From positions 1-46,446 of the forward strand of contig JAHBMJ010000524.1 in the NCBI GenBank assembly GCA_018398765.1: a stretch of 46,446 nucleotides of DNA. Reading direction: 5' to 3'. How positions within the stretch are numbered: the stretch's first letter is position 1; every line of letters starts with the position of its first letter. Below the pieces are notes generated by a model. It searched no databases and was not told the origin of the DNA. It saw only the letters and a list, made by a program, of their open reading frames with translations. A program made the position numbers and the translations under genes. Source of the stretch: Chromera velia. Lineage: Eukaryota. Shown here piece after piece: positions 1-15,162 of the stretch.

Positions 1-931
1 GAGATTCTAGGAAATTGAAAGTCTCTTCCAACAGCTGAGATCCTATGTTGTCTGTACACAAATGTGTTGGTAGGAGCACACGGTCAATCTACCATAATCT
101 AGTACAATCCAACAGGCTGCTGTCTGATTCAATTGGAATTTAATTTATCGAATACATGCTAATTAAATGACATACAAAAAACGCATGCATGCGAAAAACC
201 ATCGGAGACTGAAGCTTCGCATACACGCCGAGCTAAACATTAATAGCTCGAAATCAGCATACCAATTAATCGCAGAATTACGTTGATCCTTGCAAGCCGA
301 TGGATAGACCGTAGGCATGATTAGAGAACACACGTAGTGTCCCATGCGATATAAAACAAAACGATAGAGCTATATATAAATAAGAAGTTATCTTTTAATC
401 TAGCTGACGTTAGATTACTTTTACTAGGGTGTCACAAGCCTATGATGATTGTGTTGAAGATATGCTTCCTGGATATGATATGCATTAATTTTATCCCCCC
501 AGGTAATAGGGGGGCTGGCCATATTTGGTGTACCCGGCACACAGGCGCACCCCGACCAAACTATAAATTATAAACTCGAAGACATCGATCCAACGGGCCT
601 CCCTCATGCATACATGCACTGCATGCCCCTCAATTTAAATCTGCTTTTAGTTTAACGTGATTGACGTACCTCACTAAACAGCTATAGAGTCTGAACTTTC
701 TTTTTGAGGTTCGGGTGTTTATAGCACATCCTAGCATATCCCAGCATACTGAGCGCATAGTATAGAGTACAGAGTCTGAACCCCAGGACGTTATATACAT
801 CACTGCATGTTGCACATAACAATCGCTGCCTTATATATCGTTGATGGCTGAAATATATAGGTAGCGCACGTCTATCTCATCCCCTGAGTGGCTATGGATG
901 ACACTCCGTATGGAAAGACGGAAGTAGGGGG

Positions 932-1985
932 ATGGGCTTGAAAGATTGGAGGGTGAGCAAAAAAGGTGAGTTGAAGAAATTTTGATTCTTTTGTCGGTGA
1001 TACGTGCTGATATGCATATATATCTCGTTATTCGTTCGTTGTGAGCTCATTCACGTTCTGTCCCTCTTTTTTCTTTGTAGCAGAGTGCATCAAAAGCTGT
1101 TTTGTTGCTCTAGGAAGAATCCCAAAACTCCGTAACCTCTTTTTAGTTGAAAGCCACTGGCAGAGCATTGTGGTGAGTACTGTTACTTGAAGGTCTCAGA
1201 TTCGAATCTGAGAAAAAGGTAGCAAAGGACGCTAATCGCGGAACTGTTACATCTTGTTATACTCAGACATCATAAAGGAATGAGAGATAGAAGAGGGACC
1301 CAAGAGGATGCATTATAGGTTAGAATTCGCCTGTTAAGTCCTGTTACCGCCTAGCTATAACGCTAGTTGTTCAAACGGTAAGAGCGTGCGAAGATCCTTT
1401 TATGAGTCGTTTGATCAGTGGAAGAGTCAGAGAGAGCCCTTTCATAGTTATTGCAGGGGGCCCATCTTCTTTGAATTGATTTCTCTTTCCCCCCTTCGCG
1501 CCTTTGAATGTCTGCAAAACGAGAGAAAAAGGGACAGCCTTCTTGTGTCGGCGACTCGAAAGCTCTTTAAGGAGCATTGGAAAAGAAAAGCATCATGGGC
1601 GTCTGCCCTTCAGCCTTTGAGTTCCATAAAATTCGAACACGCTGCAAAAGCCAGAACACGGCCAGTCGTGACTTTCAAGGTAGCTTTGAAAAAAAAAAAA
1701 TTCCGGGTGAAACAAATACAGCATTGGCTGCACATTGACGTTAACAGGTACAAAAAATAGAAAAAAAGGGTAGAACAGAAGCAAGAGAAGAGGGAGACCG
1801 GAAGTTATGGATCGCATCCATGTATAAGCGTTGCATAATTGCGATAGAGAAGCTCGTCGTATGCATGTGAACCATCTACATGGTTTTTTTTCAATCTTAC
1901 AGATTCAACACTGGTCTCACACCAAAAGATTTCCTGCGTCGCTTCCTCGGGGCACTTGACACAAACCTCTAACTGCCTACTGAGG
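932..1985 (+). pseudogene. Hypothetical multi-exon gene or pseudogene, 5' part (tentative)
   Basis: Phase-compatible splice pairs: ATG932..965|GTGAGT intron..TTGTAG|1081-1172|GTGAGT gives MGLKDWRVSKKAECIKSCFVALGRIPKLRNLFLVESHWQSIV. ORF 1386-1760 can splice at AACAG|GTAC..CTTACAG|A into RFNTGLTPKDFLRRFLGALDTNL*. No recognisable domain. Confidence 0.3.
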
Positions 1986-2216
1986 TGACTCAGAGACTCT
2001 GTGTCTGGCTATCATATTTTTTCTCCCTGTGTTTCCTTCCTCTTATTGGAGAACCCTCTTAAGGTTTCTGTCCTTCACTCCCTCCTTTTTTTCTTCCTTT
2101 CCTCATGTTTTCGTTCCCCCTTTCTTTCTTTGATTGATTGATTTATCTATGAATGCCTACGAGAAGCTCAGAGCTTCCTCGGGGAAAGAAAGAAAGAAAT
2201 GAACAAAAGAAGGAAG

Positions 2217-3928
<1,712 letters not shown>

Positions 3929-3939
3929 ATTTATTGGAT

Positions 3940-4680
3940 CGTCCATCCTTTCATTCATTCATTCTTCCGTCCATCCATTCATTCATTCGTTCATTTGTTC
4001 TTCCATCCGTCCATTCATTTATTCGTTCGTTCTTCCATCCGTCCATTCATTCATTCGTTCTTCCATCCGTCCTTTCATTCATTCGTTCTTCCATCCGTCT
4101 ATTCATTCATTCGTTCTTCCATCTGTCCTTTCATTCATTCGTTCTTCCATTCGTGTATTCATTCATTTGTTCTTCTATCCGTGCATTCATTCATTCGTTC
4201 TTCCATCTGTTCATTCATTCATTTGTTCTTCTGTCCATCCATTCATTCATTTGTTCTTCCGTTCGTCCATTCATCTATTCATTCTTCCATCCGTCCATTC
4301 ATTTATTTGTTCTTCCATCCATCCATTCATTCATTCATTCTTCCGTTCGTCCATTCATTCATTCGTTCTTCCGTTCGTCCATGCATTCATTTATTCATTC
4401 TTCTGTCCGTCCATTCATTTATTCATTCTTCTATCCGTCTGTTCATTCATTCGTTCTTCCATCCTTCCTTTCATTCATTCGTTCTTCCGTCCGTGCATTC
4501 ATTCATTCGTTCTTCCATCCATGCATTCATTCATTCGTTCTTCCATCCATCCATTCATTCATTCGTTCTTCCGTCCGTCCTTTCATTCATTCGTTTTTCC
4601 GTCCATGCATTCATTCGTTCGTTCTTCCGTCCGTCTATTCATTCATTCATTCTTCCATCCATGCATTCATTTATTCGGTG
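3940..4680. repeat. Degenerate 28-bp minisatellite (TCTTCCATCCGTCCATTCATTCATTCGT)n
   Basis: Unit period of 28 measured at 4031/4059/4087. The translated repeat rotates through all three frames. Confidence 0.9.
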
Positions 4681-6809
4681 GTCCGTTTATCTTATATTTT
4701 TGCACAGCCCTTATAGACGTCACCAATCAAGCGCATCTTTTGAGGAACCCTTCGTAACATATACACCTACTCAACGTGTGGTGAGGCCAGCCAGAAGAGA
4801 CGCAGTTTCATTGTCTGCCTCCTTTGCTCATTGCTTCTACAAAAAAATCAGAGCTTCGGTAATCTTCGCTCGATCTTTCAAAAATTAGAATCAGCTTTGT
4901 CAAGTTAGTTAATCATCATCAAGTAAACCATGAGTCCCACATACGACCCTGTTTCAGAATATGTGCTTTGACTGTATGGATACAGGTGGTGCAGGAAGAG
5001 CAGCAGGGCTTCTGGGTTCTGGATGTTCCGCCAGCAGAGGTCACTTCTATATTTAGATTGACGGAGCTCTTTTGGTGGCTGTCTGACTCTCTCTTTGAAG
5101 CCCTTCCAACGTGAACTTTTAAAACCAATCATCTGTTAGTACGCATTTTTGTTTTGATGTCATAAAGCTTTCGTCTGTTTACATTGCCACGGTGTTGTAC
5201 CGACTTGCAGGGATAAAGAAATCGTCAACAGGGAATTCAGAGATTCTTGGAAGAAACAGAACAAAGAGACAACTACCCATGAGCCATCAATCGCCCGCTC
5301 CTGCTCCACTGAATTCCATACTGTTTTTCGAAAAATCATGCTTGCTCATCGCTAGTCCCCATCAATCGCTCTATTGACTTGATCCTCTCTCTCTCCTAGC
5401 TGTTGGCCATTTGATGTCCATCCCTCCCTTTTCTGTATGCCGCTCTCCGAATCAACTTCAAATTGAATAACCATTTATATTTGTTTCTCGAGTTGTTTTT
5501 TCCGCTCTCAAGGGGTACAATGTTCCGGTTATGGCACCCAACAGAGTGTCAGATACTGTTGCCTACTCTCGCTTCCCCCAGGTGTTCCTTTCCTTCCATC
5601 ATGGAAAGTCCCTCATGCCGAGACCCCAGGCAGGCCTTTCGATTCCCTTCCTTCGAGATCTCCTGCATGGTTGTGTACTCTTTTCTCGATCAACCTTGTC
5701 TCTGTTTGTAGAACTTGTGAGCAGTACACTCTTTTATGGGCAAGACTAAAGAAACAAAGACTATAGACGGTTCCCTCCCAGAGGTCCTGTTGATGACGTT
5801 CGCCATACGAGATTCTGAGGAGACGTAAGTAAGCTTCTCTCCGTTGAATCCTGATTTTTTGGTTTTGGGGTTCCGCTTTCTCCTCGTCCTTCCTGGTCCC
5901 AGATTTCTCTCTTTCTGGCTCTCTTCCTTTCTATCTCTCTTTCTTCACTTCTTCATTTATTTTTATATTAATTCTTTTTCGCTCTCAAGGGACGTCAGAT
6001 ATAGACCAAAAATGTTTTGTGGCCATGATCGGCGGTGCTGTCTTTGCCCGCCTTCATCGGTACCTTCTTGCTTGCTTGCTTGTTTGCTTGCTCGCGCCTG
6101 CTTGTGAGTCATGACAGTTGCTTTGCATGGCTTAGGCTTTAGCTTTATGTGCATGGGTCTATTGTTTTGTAAATGTCAATATTAATAAGATAATCATCTC
6201 ATATTTTGCGCTGCAGAGAACCGGCCACGGCGGGTCCTGCAGGTCTATTCGGTCAGTCTGCAAAGGGACACTGTATAAATATGAAGCGGTTGGGTGCATT
6301 GCTCTATAGACAGCTAGGCGGATGTTGCCTCCACGCCTTAGAGTCATCCAGGGTTGCTTTTTTGGTCGGTAACAGGTCTAGTCTACCGACAATTGCCGGT
6401 AACCGGTAATGGCCTCAGTCTGCCTTCCTTTTACCGACAAAAAAAATGATAAAAATTAGGGTCCCCAAAAAAAAATTTCGCCTGCGGCGCCAACCTTCAA
6501 AAACATGTTTTTAAGTGTTTATTGGCATTTGAAAAGCCTATTCACACACAAAAAAAAATAAAAAAAAAATTAAAAAATATTAAAAAAATATAAATTTTTA
6601 ACTGCTTCACCCCTATAAGTGGCAAAAAGTTCTAACAGCTCTATGATAGCGTCTGTCCAACAACTACTCTCTTTTTTGACTTTGCTTCATCTCTTACTGT
6701 TCTGTTTCTCTGTATATCAGGCCTTGACCGTCGTTAGAGAGCGATCAAAGTAAGAGACAGAAAAAGTCTACTTCTTTCTAAAAAACGAGGAGATGGTAAG
6801 CCTGCGGCT

Positions 6810-8207
6810 CTATACTTGCGCAGCCCCTGCCCGGTTTGCTGAGGGGGGAGGAGCAAGAAGAACATTGCCTCCTCGAGCTCCCCCCATGGTGCGGCTGGGT
6901 CTAGGGCTGGGTGGTCTCAGACGGAAAGAGGAAGGGGCGGATGTGGCTGCTGCACCGCGGCTGTAAAAAGAAGCTGGAGCGACCGGTGCCTGAGGGGACC
7001 GAACACTAGCAGAGGCTGGTGCAGAAGGGGGGAGAATACGAATCACGGCTCTTTTTGGAGAGCCTTCTTCTTCTACGCCGCGTCTCCCTCTTTTCTCCCC
7101 TCTTCTCTCTGAAGGCGGCGGGTCTCTGGGCCTTTCTTCCCCCGCCTCCTCTTCTTGTACCTGCACCTCTTCCTCTACTTTGCCCCCCTCGTTTGCCTCG
7201 ACATCGTCTCCTACCTCTTCCTCCTTATCCCCTCTCCTCTCCTCTTTTTCCTCGCTCTCTTCCTCGGACTCCTGTCCTTCACCCTCTCCAGGCTCTCCCT
7301 CCTCCTCCTCTTCCTCTTCCTCCTCACCCCCTTCCCCCCCTTCCTCCTCTTCCTCCCCACTCTCTTCCCTCTCCTGCTCTGCCTCCTCACCCTCTGCTAT
7401 CTCCCCCTCTTCCTCCTCCTCGTTCTTGCCCTGAAGGGAAAGGACATCATCCTCTTCGTCCTCCCCCTCCATTGCCTTAAGAACCTCCTCTACTGCCCAC
7501 CGTTCAGGAAGAGAGAGAAGAGAGCGGTCGGGGACCTCACTATCCCCCGAAAGGGAGACCTTTTCGCCTCTCCCGCTGAACCTTTCCTGCTGTTTGAGAC
7601 GAGCTAAAATGCTGATGAGCTTGTCTGCCCGTACCTCACTCAGACGGTTGCGTCTCTTTGTGATCACAAAATCGGCTGCAGAAAACCTTCTCTCAATCAT
7701 ACCAGACGCAACTCTTAGTTGGAAGAGGATTTTTGCGGCTCTTCCCAAACGAGGGTACCTCCGGGAGGCGACACCGGTCTCTGCCCACCAAGTGAGCGGC
7801 GACCAATCGGCCACCTCCTCTACCCTGTCCATAAATCCATCCAAGCCCTCTTGATTGAAATAACTGTCAAGGTCCTCCAGGATGATTTCCTCAATCTCTT
7901 CCTCAGTCCACTCTCCACACGCTTTCAAAAATTCTCTAAAGTCATCTATGACATCATCCAGCTTCGCTTGGTCAAAGCCCTGCCAGTAGGCAGGCGATAA
8001 GACAAAGCCTGTGCTGTGGATCACGGAATGAAAAATTTTCCATCTATCATCCCAAAGCTTCTTCATTCCTTTCCTGAATCTCCAACTCTCCAGGGCCGTC
8101 TCCTTGCAGTTTTCTTTCTTCAGGTTCTCGAAAATATCAAGAGATCGGCTGCATACACACACACGCACACACATATACAAATATACAGAGAAAGCTAGAA
8201 AGAGAGG

Positions 8208-8241
<34 letters not shown>

Positions 8242-8862
8242 CAGACAGAGACAGAGAGAGCGGAAGGAGTACTAACTTGTAGATCTTAGACACTGCTGTC
8301 TGGGGGTCGTCTCTGTCAGTAAGCTTGAGTAATTTGAATACAGACTGCAGGGCGCTCTTGTATTCCTTGCACCGAATCCAAAAATTGTCACTGTCTATGA
8401 TCCTTGTCACCTTCTAATTTTTGTTTTTCTTTTTTCTAGCCTTCTGTGCATCCTCCCGCTTCCACTTCCTAAAGTCATCGGACAAGAAAAGACGCTTCAC
8501 TGTACGCCTCATCCTTAGCAATCGTTCAACAAGAAGCCAGTACGTGGCAAATCGAGTCTCGCCAGGGAAGAGTAGCTCAAGCTGCTTTCCCTTCGCATTC
8601 TTCTGCTTTTCGTTGCGGTACATGGCCAGGACTCTCTCAGACCCACGAACGAATTTGATCACCTTTCAGGCCTCCTGCATATAGTCGAAGTTGATTTATA
8701 TATAGAACAGAGCAATGCGTGAACAGAGGGTGAACAGAGCAATAGAGCAACAGAACAAAGCAACGTTTTGGGCCTCAGTTTTCGACTGCGAGGATAGCTG
8801 ATATCCTCAAAGAACAGATCGATCCCATGAGAAGCACAAGTACTGATAAATTCAGCATTCAT
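6810..8862 (-). pseudogene. hAT transposase (DUF659-type, C-terminal dimerisation domain), spliced, with nonsense mutations
   Basis: Motifs CASH (CxxH), FPGETRFAT, LKLTDRDDP, and SPLTWW..RYPRLGRAAKILFQLRVASGMIERRFS..KRRNRL (hAT dimerisation). GT-AG intron 8149-8276 joins SKIYN-RSLDIF in frame. In-frame stops at about 8666 (TGA) and 8414 (TAG). Long Glu-rich then Pro-rich tail. N-terminal part degraded. Confidence 0.88.
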
Positions 8863-9354
8863 TTAACCTCGATTCACTCAGGATTTGCTCCGTCACACGC
8901 ACGTATAGCGGTTCTTTCTTCCAGCCTGTAGCTTTTAATATATCCCTGCAAAGACCTACAGAGAAGGTTGGTCCATATGTATGCTATATGTCTGCGTGTT
9001 GACTTTTAATCGTCTGCAGAGTGTCAACTGTAGAAGTATTTGGCTCATTGTTGGTGTTGTCTTTTTCTGTCTCCGTTTGTATCCTTCGGCTCCGTGCACG
9101 TCAACCCGTTCTATCTAGTTCTATCAGTCACAGGGAGTAGCAGCAGCTCTGTAACCTATTTCAGCATGTCCTGCTTGGTTCCAGATATGATATTCTGTTG
9201 TGTGTCTGGCTTTTGTTCCGTTCTTTTGCCCTTCGGGTGCTGCTTGTACACCCCTGCGTGCGTCTATGCTTGTCGGTCTTCGTATGCTGCTGTCGTCAGA
9301 GTTTTTCTGAAGTGCTCTGGCCCACTTTTTTCTTAGTCCAGCCTATCATACTAC

Positions 9355-9385
<31 letters not shown>

Positions 9386-9538
9386 TCGCTCTCCCTGCTA
9401 CAGGACCAAACAGCTTCCGTTCACGCTGTTGCTTTCCTTGTCTCTACAAACGCCCAACCGCCTTTTGTTCACATACTCGCTTTCTCTGTCTCTGTTCGCT
9501 TATTTACTTATGATTCTTTCATGTCTGTTTGCTTGCAG

Positions 9539-9835
9539 ATAGCAAATCTCCACCCCCCTGGATCTCCGGAGTCAGAGGCCTTTCGAGGCCTCAGACATCA
9601 GCTTTTAGCGGCGGGTCTTTCTTTGGAGGCTGGAGCACTGGATTGGGAGGACTGCCCAAACTTTGAGGCGGACTCTTTCCGTTGTTGGAATCGCGCGGGT
9701 GCATCTGTCTGGGCCAGCTGTGGTCATTGCGGCCAGCGGTTCTCTGTCTTTGGGTGCCAAGTGCAAGACGGGACCCATTGCTTCGACCTGCGTCATCTTC
9801 AAGCACACTGGCCGCATAGCTGTCCCTACAGATGA
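9539..9835 (+). CDS. Terminal-exon-like ORF encoding a C-x2-C...H...CP zinc finger (Rsm1/NIPA C3HC- or BIR-like; BED-like alternative), antisense inside the hAT element
   Basis: Polypyrimidine tract plus TTGCAG acceptor ending at 9538, then an open frame with LLAAGL...ASCGHCGQRFSVFGC...FDLRHLQAHWPHSCPYR*. Confidence 0.5.
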   Translation: MANLHPPGSPESEAFRGLRHQLLAAGLSLEAGALDWEDCPNFEADSFRCWNRAGASVWASCGHCGQRFSVFGCQVQDGTHCFDLRHLQAHWPHSCPYR

Positions 9836-11152
9836 CGCATTGACTTTTTGAATTAACCTTAAGTCTAGCCTTAAGTGATTGATTGATTGACGTATAACCT
9901 AAGACTTAGGTTATTGAAAAGTGTTAGTGACTGTTAGAATTCTACTAAGTCTTTGCCAACTGCCAGCAAACTCTGCTGGTAATTACCGGTTACCGGTAAT
10001 GAAGCTTGTCTACCGCCGAAAAAATCGGCAACCCTGGAGTTATCGTTTGTTTTTCAAATTTAGTATGATATTGTCTCTCTTGAAGAGACAGCCGCCCGCA
10101 GCCGCCTAGGGGGAAATAATATTATAACTGAATCTTTTCGAACTAAACTGCAGCAGCTTTTCTGTAGTGCCAACTTTTTTTTACAGTGTTTCCATGCCAC
10201 TTCATATGTGTGGCTTATATGCAGTCTTTGAGTAAAATGAAGACATATACGACCTACTCACCTTAGTGACGGAGAAAGATGGTGGACTTATCCCCAAGCT
10301 AAAGCACAGGAACCAATGATATGCGAGGGATTCGAGAAGGCTTCAGCTTTTGTGGATGGAGGGCGAGATGAGAACAAATATATATATAAATCTGGATGCG
10401 TGGATGGATGCACATATGATGGTTTGATCGCGATTACTATTATAATATTGTGGGTATCATGAAGGGCCTTGCCACAACAGTAACTGAGAATCGGTGGGTT
10501 TATGGATCGATGAACGTTCACTGAGAGTATAAAAAATCGGTTGCTTTCTGACTGTGATATTGTGGTAAAGGAAGGGAGCGGACCGTGCTGCGGGGCCAGT
10601 GCTGTTGGCACTGATAGACGGACGGACGAGGGAAAACAAAAGAGGGATCTAGAGGGAATTCAGGTCAAACGGAACAAAACAAAAGAAGGCTTTAAGGAAA
10701 TAAATGGCCGAGCAAGGAACAAAAGAAGAAAAAACAAATCGGAGGAAGTAAAAGAAGTACTGATGGCTATCGATAGTCGATGTACAGATGCACCCGATTC
10801 TTTGTTCGTGGCTCAGATAGCAAATAAAAATGCTTGCTGATTGGTTCTACCTGTCACTTTTAAGTGGCTTTTGAGCTCTGCAAATGAATGAGCAAACATC
10901 TATTTGATTGGGATCCTCTGCTTGCAGGTACACGATGAGAGGCGCAAGCATTCAGCAAACTACAGTGCCATTCGGTCAGCTGATTGAGGTCTTTAGTGCG
11001 CGCAGTCATGGTATGTATGTGTGTATATATATATATATGTGTGTAGGTATGTGTATGTGTATATGTAGGTATGTGTATATATGTGTGTAGGTATGGGTAT
11101 GTGCGTATGTGTTTGTGTGTATGTATGTATGTATGTGTATGTATATATATAC

Positions 11153-11183
<31 letters not shown>

Positions 11184-11368
11184 CATATGTGTGTGTGTGT
11201 GTGTGTATGTGTGTGTGTATGTATGTGTGTGTGTGTATGTATGTGTGTGTGTGTGTGTGTCTGTATATGTATATGTGTGTATGTATGTGTATGTGTATGT
11301 GTGTGTATATATATTATATGTGTGTGTGTTTGTATTGCAACTGCACTCAATAAATTTGCATACGCAGA

Positions 11369-12420
11369 TTTGGGTGTGGGCGAAACGGTGTACGTGTATG
11401 TCCGTCAGGGCGCAGGTGAGGACGAAGAGGGCAATGGGGGGGAAGACTTTTCTTCTGGTTCAGACGGAAGTGATGAGGAGATACCAGAGACGGGAACTTT
11501 AAGGGAAGCGGAGTAGAAAGGGGGTAGGAGGTCGAGGAGACCCCAGGATGATGGCACTAAGCGGCGCCATACCCGGTCTTATTCCAGGTCCTGGATAAAT
11601 GTGAAGCACCACGGCCTCGAGTGAGTTAGACTCAATTTTCTTTTTTCGGTTTCCATCTTTTTTTATGAGATTTTCTCTTTTCTTCCCTCTCTTCCTTCCC
11701 CTCCTCTTTGCCTTGTAATTGATCCGTTTGTTCCTTTCTTCCTTGCTTTCTTCCTTCTTTCCTTGAAGTTCCTGTTTGCTTTGGTGAAAATCCATAAAAC
11801 GGTCAAGCTTTTTATCAAAAAATATGAAATCACAGAAAAGAGAGTGTTTTTATCATGCCTCACAAAGAAATTGCATACCATGCATATTGTTGTATGCATG
11901 TATGTATGTATTTATCTATGAATGTGCACTCCTGCTTTCAGTTGCGCAGTTCTGAACTGCCATTAGGATAGGGAATGGCACCATATGATTCCCCAGTGCC
12001 TTCTCGGCAAGCTTTTGAAAAAGAAGGGCGTCAGTATGGCGACTGTGGCAGGGTATTCTCCTGTGCACTTTGCACCATAAAGAGCACAACCCTGGTAGTG
12101 TACACAAGGTTAGAAAGTCAAGAGCACTGCAACAGCGGCACTTGGTCGGCCAGCCAGAGTCCGACGGTCAATGGCAACATCTGGCTGGCGCTTCATGCGC
12201 GAACGCAAGACAGGTGTCTGCAACTGCTGAACGGACACAAAGTCCTCGTTGGGCCTGAAGAGGACACTAGTGATGCAGATCTTAAGGCATTCCAAGCGTG
12301 AGGGAAGGGAAAAAGCGGACAGAAGATGGAGTAAGAGGAGGAGTGCAGCTGCCGGCAGCATGTCATTAAATAGGGGGCGGGGAGACAGGGGGGGTGCCAA
12401 TGTCAGTCTGCCGTTCAGTC
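11369..12420 (+). pseudogene. Degenerate exon-like fragments of an unknown gene
   Basis: Acceptor ACGCAG| follows a (TG/TA)n intron-like tract and gives the acidic peptide DLGVGETVYVYVRQGAGEDEEG... ORF 11975-12301 is flanked by in-frame stops. No recognisable domain. Confidence 0.25.
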
Positions 12421-13671
12421 CGTCTTTCAATCATTGTGACTTCTACAAAAAGTTGTCTACCAATCCCCCCGCTGTCTCAAGCAATATTGTTTTCTTCTTT
12501 GCTGTATGAAAGAATGAGACCTAAAGACTTTGACACACTTTCAAACTTTGAAAATTCGTGTTTAAAAAAATATTTTATATGTTTTTACATACACATTTAA
12601 CATTGTAAAAAAAAATATAATCATTCAAATAAATAAGCTAAACGATTTAAAAGCTAGTTTAAAAGAGTCTTAAAAAGACGTATTCAATTATAAATTCATT
12701 TTGTATTAATCTATATTCATATAGTATTATTCATATACTATACTATTACAGAGAAAAAGCAAACAATGCATGTCATGCCCCGCAGTTGGCCAGAGTCCAA
12801 GTAGTGTGCTCACTGGCTTTAACTATCTCAATTCAATTAATTCAATTCAATTCAGTTTAATTCACATGTACAACTTTTGAACCAGAAAGGTTTTGATTAG
12901 GTTTAAACTGTACAAGTTTTTAAAAACCCAAAAATTTCGGCTTTGGGTAATTGTTCTTTTAAGTTAGACAAACTAGTGGATAAAACGAGTACTAAAGATA
13001 GATTTATTGCAAGGTTCTCTTATATCCTCAAATACGTGTAAGTTAAAGTCAAGTTTTTGATATTATAGAAAAAACTTAGACAACATAATTAAAAATAATC
13101 TTTTTTACATCGTACGTAGCGTCGTACACAGTTTTTAAAGATATGTTTCTCCTATATTAGATCCTGATTCAATATATTTGTGGCCAGATATGGCCAGATT
13201 ACCATGGTAGCGGTACTCCCCTCAGATTCTCTGAGTTATCAAATTTTGGTTACCAATTTGATGGTAACCAAAAGCTTTCTGAGAAGGGCTGGTAGTTACT
13301 CTTAACAGCACAGTGTACCAAAAAAAATTTATAGGCACTGCACATAAAAAAAAAAAAAAAGAAACGTTGGAGAGACTTAATTTTTTTTTATTTTTTTTTT
13401 ATTTAATTTTTTTTTTATTTCAAGTGCTCTAAATTGAAAACAAAAAACTAGACAAAAAAATCATTTTCGACTCTCAAACTTACTTTTAATTCCACACAGG
13501 ATGTGTGCCTAACTTTTTTAAAAAAAAGTGCCAGAAGAGGCTTTTTTTTTTAAGTGCGGCACCTATAGAAAAAAATGTTTTTAATTTTTAAAAATATTAA
13601 TTGATTGCTTGATTGATTCATTCCGTGCGGTGGAAGCTATCCTAGAAGCTAGGGCAGACATTCTCACAATG

Positions 13672-13885
13672 CATCTATGGGTCGGCGACTATTGTAATAG
13701 TTAGAATAGTGAACTATTTTAACTATTTTCCGATAGTCGCTTCATTTTTAACTATAAAATAGTAAGAATAGTTAACTATTTCAACTATTTTTTCTAGTTA
13801 TAGTTTACTATTTTGACTATAAAATATAGAGGTATAGCTATAGTTGCTATAGTCAACTATTTGTTGACAAACCGACTCATAGATG
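13672..13885. mobile_element. 214-bp MITE with CATCTATG termini
   Basis: TIR CATCTATGGGTCGG (13672-13685) / CCGACTCATAGATG (13872-13885), 13/14 match. Flanked by TG/TG (2-bp TSD). Interior packed with ACTATT/AATAGT repeats. Confidence 0.85.
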
Positions 13886-14890
13886 TGTTAAGGTCTAGGT
13901 GAATATCAAAGTATTGAATTAAAACTTTTGATTTTAGAGATATCGACTCTAGTATCAACTAATAACTTGAAAAGTATACCATATGAAGGTGCAGTTATTT
14001 TACGGTACATGTTAGTATGATGTCACAACCTTTGTTGTGTACTGCCCTAGTGTGTCCCATACAGATCGATACCGCGACTAATATGGCATCTAGTATGACA
14101 AGTCCTAACCCAGCAGTGCGGGGGCCACACTAGCTAGTAGGGGCCGCGGCAACTATTTTATCTGCAGCATCCTAGTGAATAGTAATATTTCTGGCTCAGC
14201 AGTGCGTTTTCTCATGCTGCTTTGTCCAGTTGATTGATGGAATCAGACTTAATTAGCCTCCTGACTGACAGTCTCATGAGACTCATGTGACCACGATCCA
14301 TAGATTTATTATGCTATGCCTAGACTGCCTATATCAGGAGTCTAGTAGCTAGTATATAATAATCTTAAAAAAGTTTATATGTGGTTTAAATAATTTCACA
14401 GTAGTATTATTTATTAATGCTTTTAGTATCAGTTTCGTATACTATATATATAAATATCCTATATAGTATATAAATCTAAATTTCATAAATTAAACATTAA
14501 TTGGGAAAAGTTTAATAGGGCTAGGACTAAGATTTCTGTCTAGAGGATTGGCTTCCCACCCCAATGCGAAATGTCCAACGTGCAGCTTTCAGGAAAAGAG
14601 CCTAAACGCATCAGACCCCCCTTGGTCGTAGACTTGTAGTACATTTAAGTAATATATTAATAGAAAAATATTAGAAACTCGATTAGAAATGACATACCGA
14701 TACCCTTTCACCATAATTCTCTATCCAATAATTTTATAAATTATAATAAATCAGCTAATTTGCTGAGCTAAACACTGTCGCCCTGTCTGGGGCTGCCCGC
14801 CCTGTGTGCCGTTTAAAAGCCGGTTTTAAAACAGGGCATCGTAACAGAATACAACTAACCAAAAAAATTGTGAGCTAGAGTTGCATCGAT

Positions 14891-15106
14891 CTAGGATGCT
14901 GGTACGGACGACTTGACCCGACGTAGACGAACAATGGAGACGCTCACAACCTGCCTGCCGCATATCTTCCGGCCTAAATCCACTCGACGCACCGAGTCCG
15001 TACTCGCTAGAGAGGACTCAGTGGCTTCAGGCATCTGTGTCTCCAGAAAGAGATGGGTCTTGGAAGTACCTGTGTCACTGTGTGCAGACAAAAGAACGAG
15101 TCTGAG

Positions 15107-15162
<56 letters not shown>

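Larger units (their letters stand above)
6349..10036 (-). mobile_element. hAT-superfamily DNA transposon (3688 bp), defective
   Basis: TIR CAGGGTTGC at 6349 and GCAACCCTG ending at 10036. 8-bp TSD GAGTCATC (6341-6348) / GAGTTATC (10037-10044), 1 mismatch. Subterminal TACCG/CGGTA(A) repeats at both ends. Internal hAT transposase remnant. Confidence 0.93.

Noticed and set aside
9790..9850. Minus-strand CVIC motif as the transposase BED finger
   Set aside because: No downstream His/Cys ligands in frame and no upstream coding context. The plus-strand zinc-finger reading is more complete.
10860..11516. His/Thr- and Cys/Val-rich ORFs (also 43178-44944 and 44927-45583)
   Set aside because: Products of (CA)n/(TG)n/(GACT)n microsatellites.
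13309..13350. CACAGTG followed by an A-tract, resembling a Transib/RSS end
   Set aside because: No convincing partner inverted end with a 5-bp TSD was found in the window.
14780..14840. GC-rich imperfect hairpin (GCCCTGT..ACAGGGC) as a Helitron 3' end
   Set aside because: No CTRR terminus at the expected distance and no matching 5' TC end or Rep/helicase remnant.
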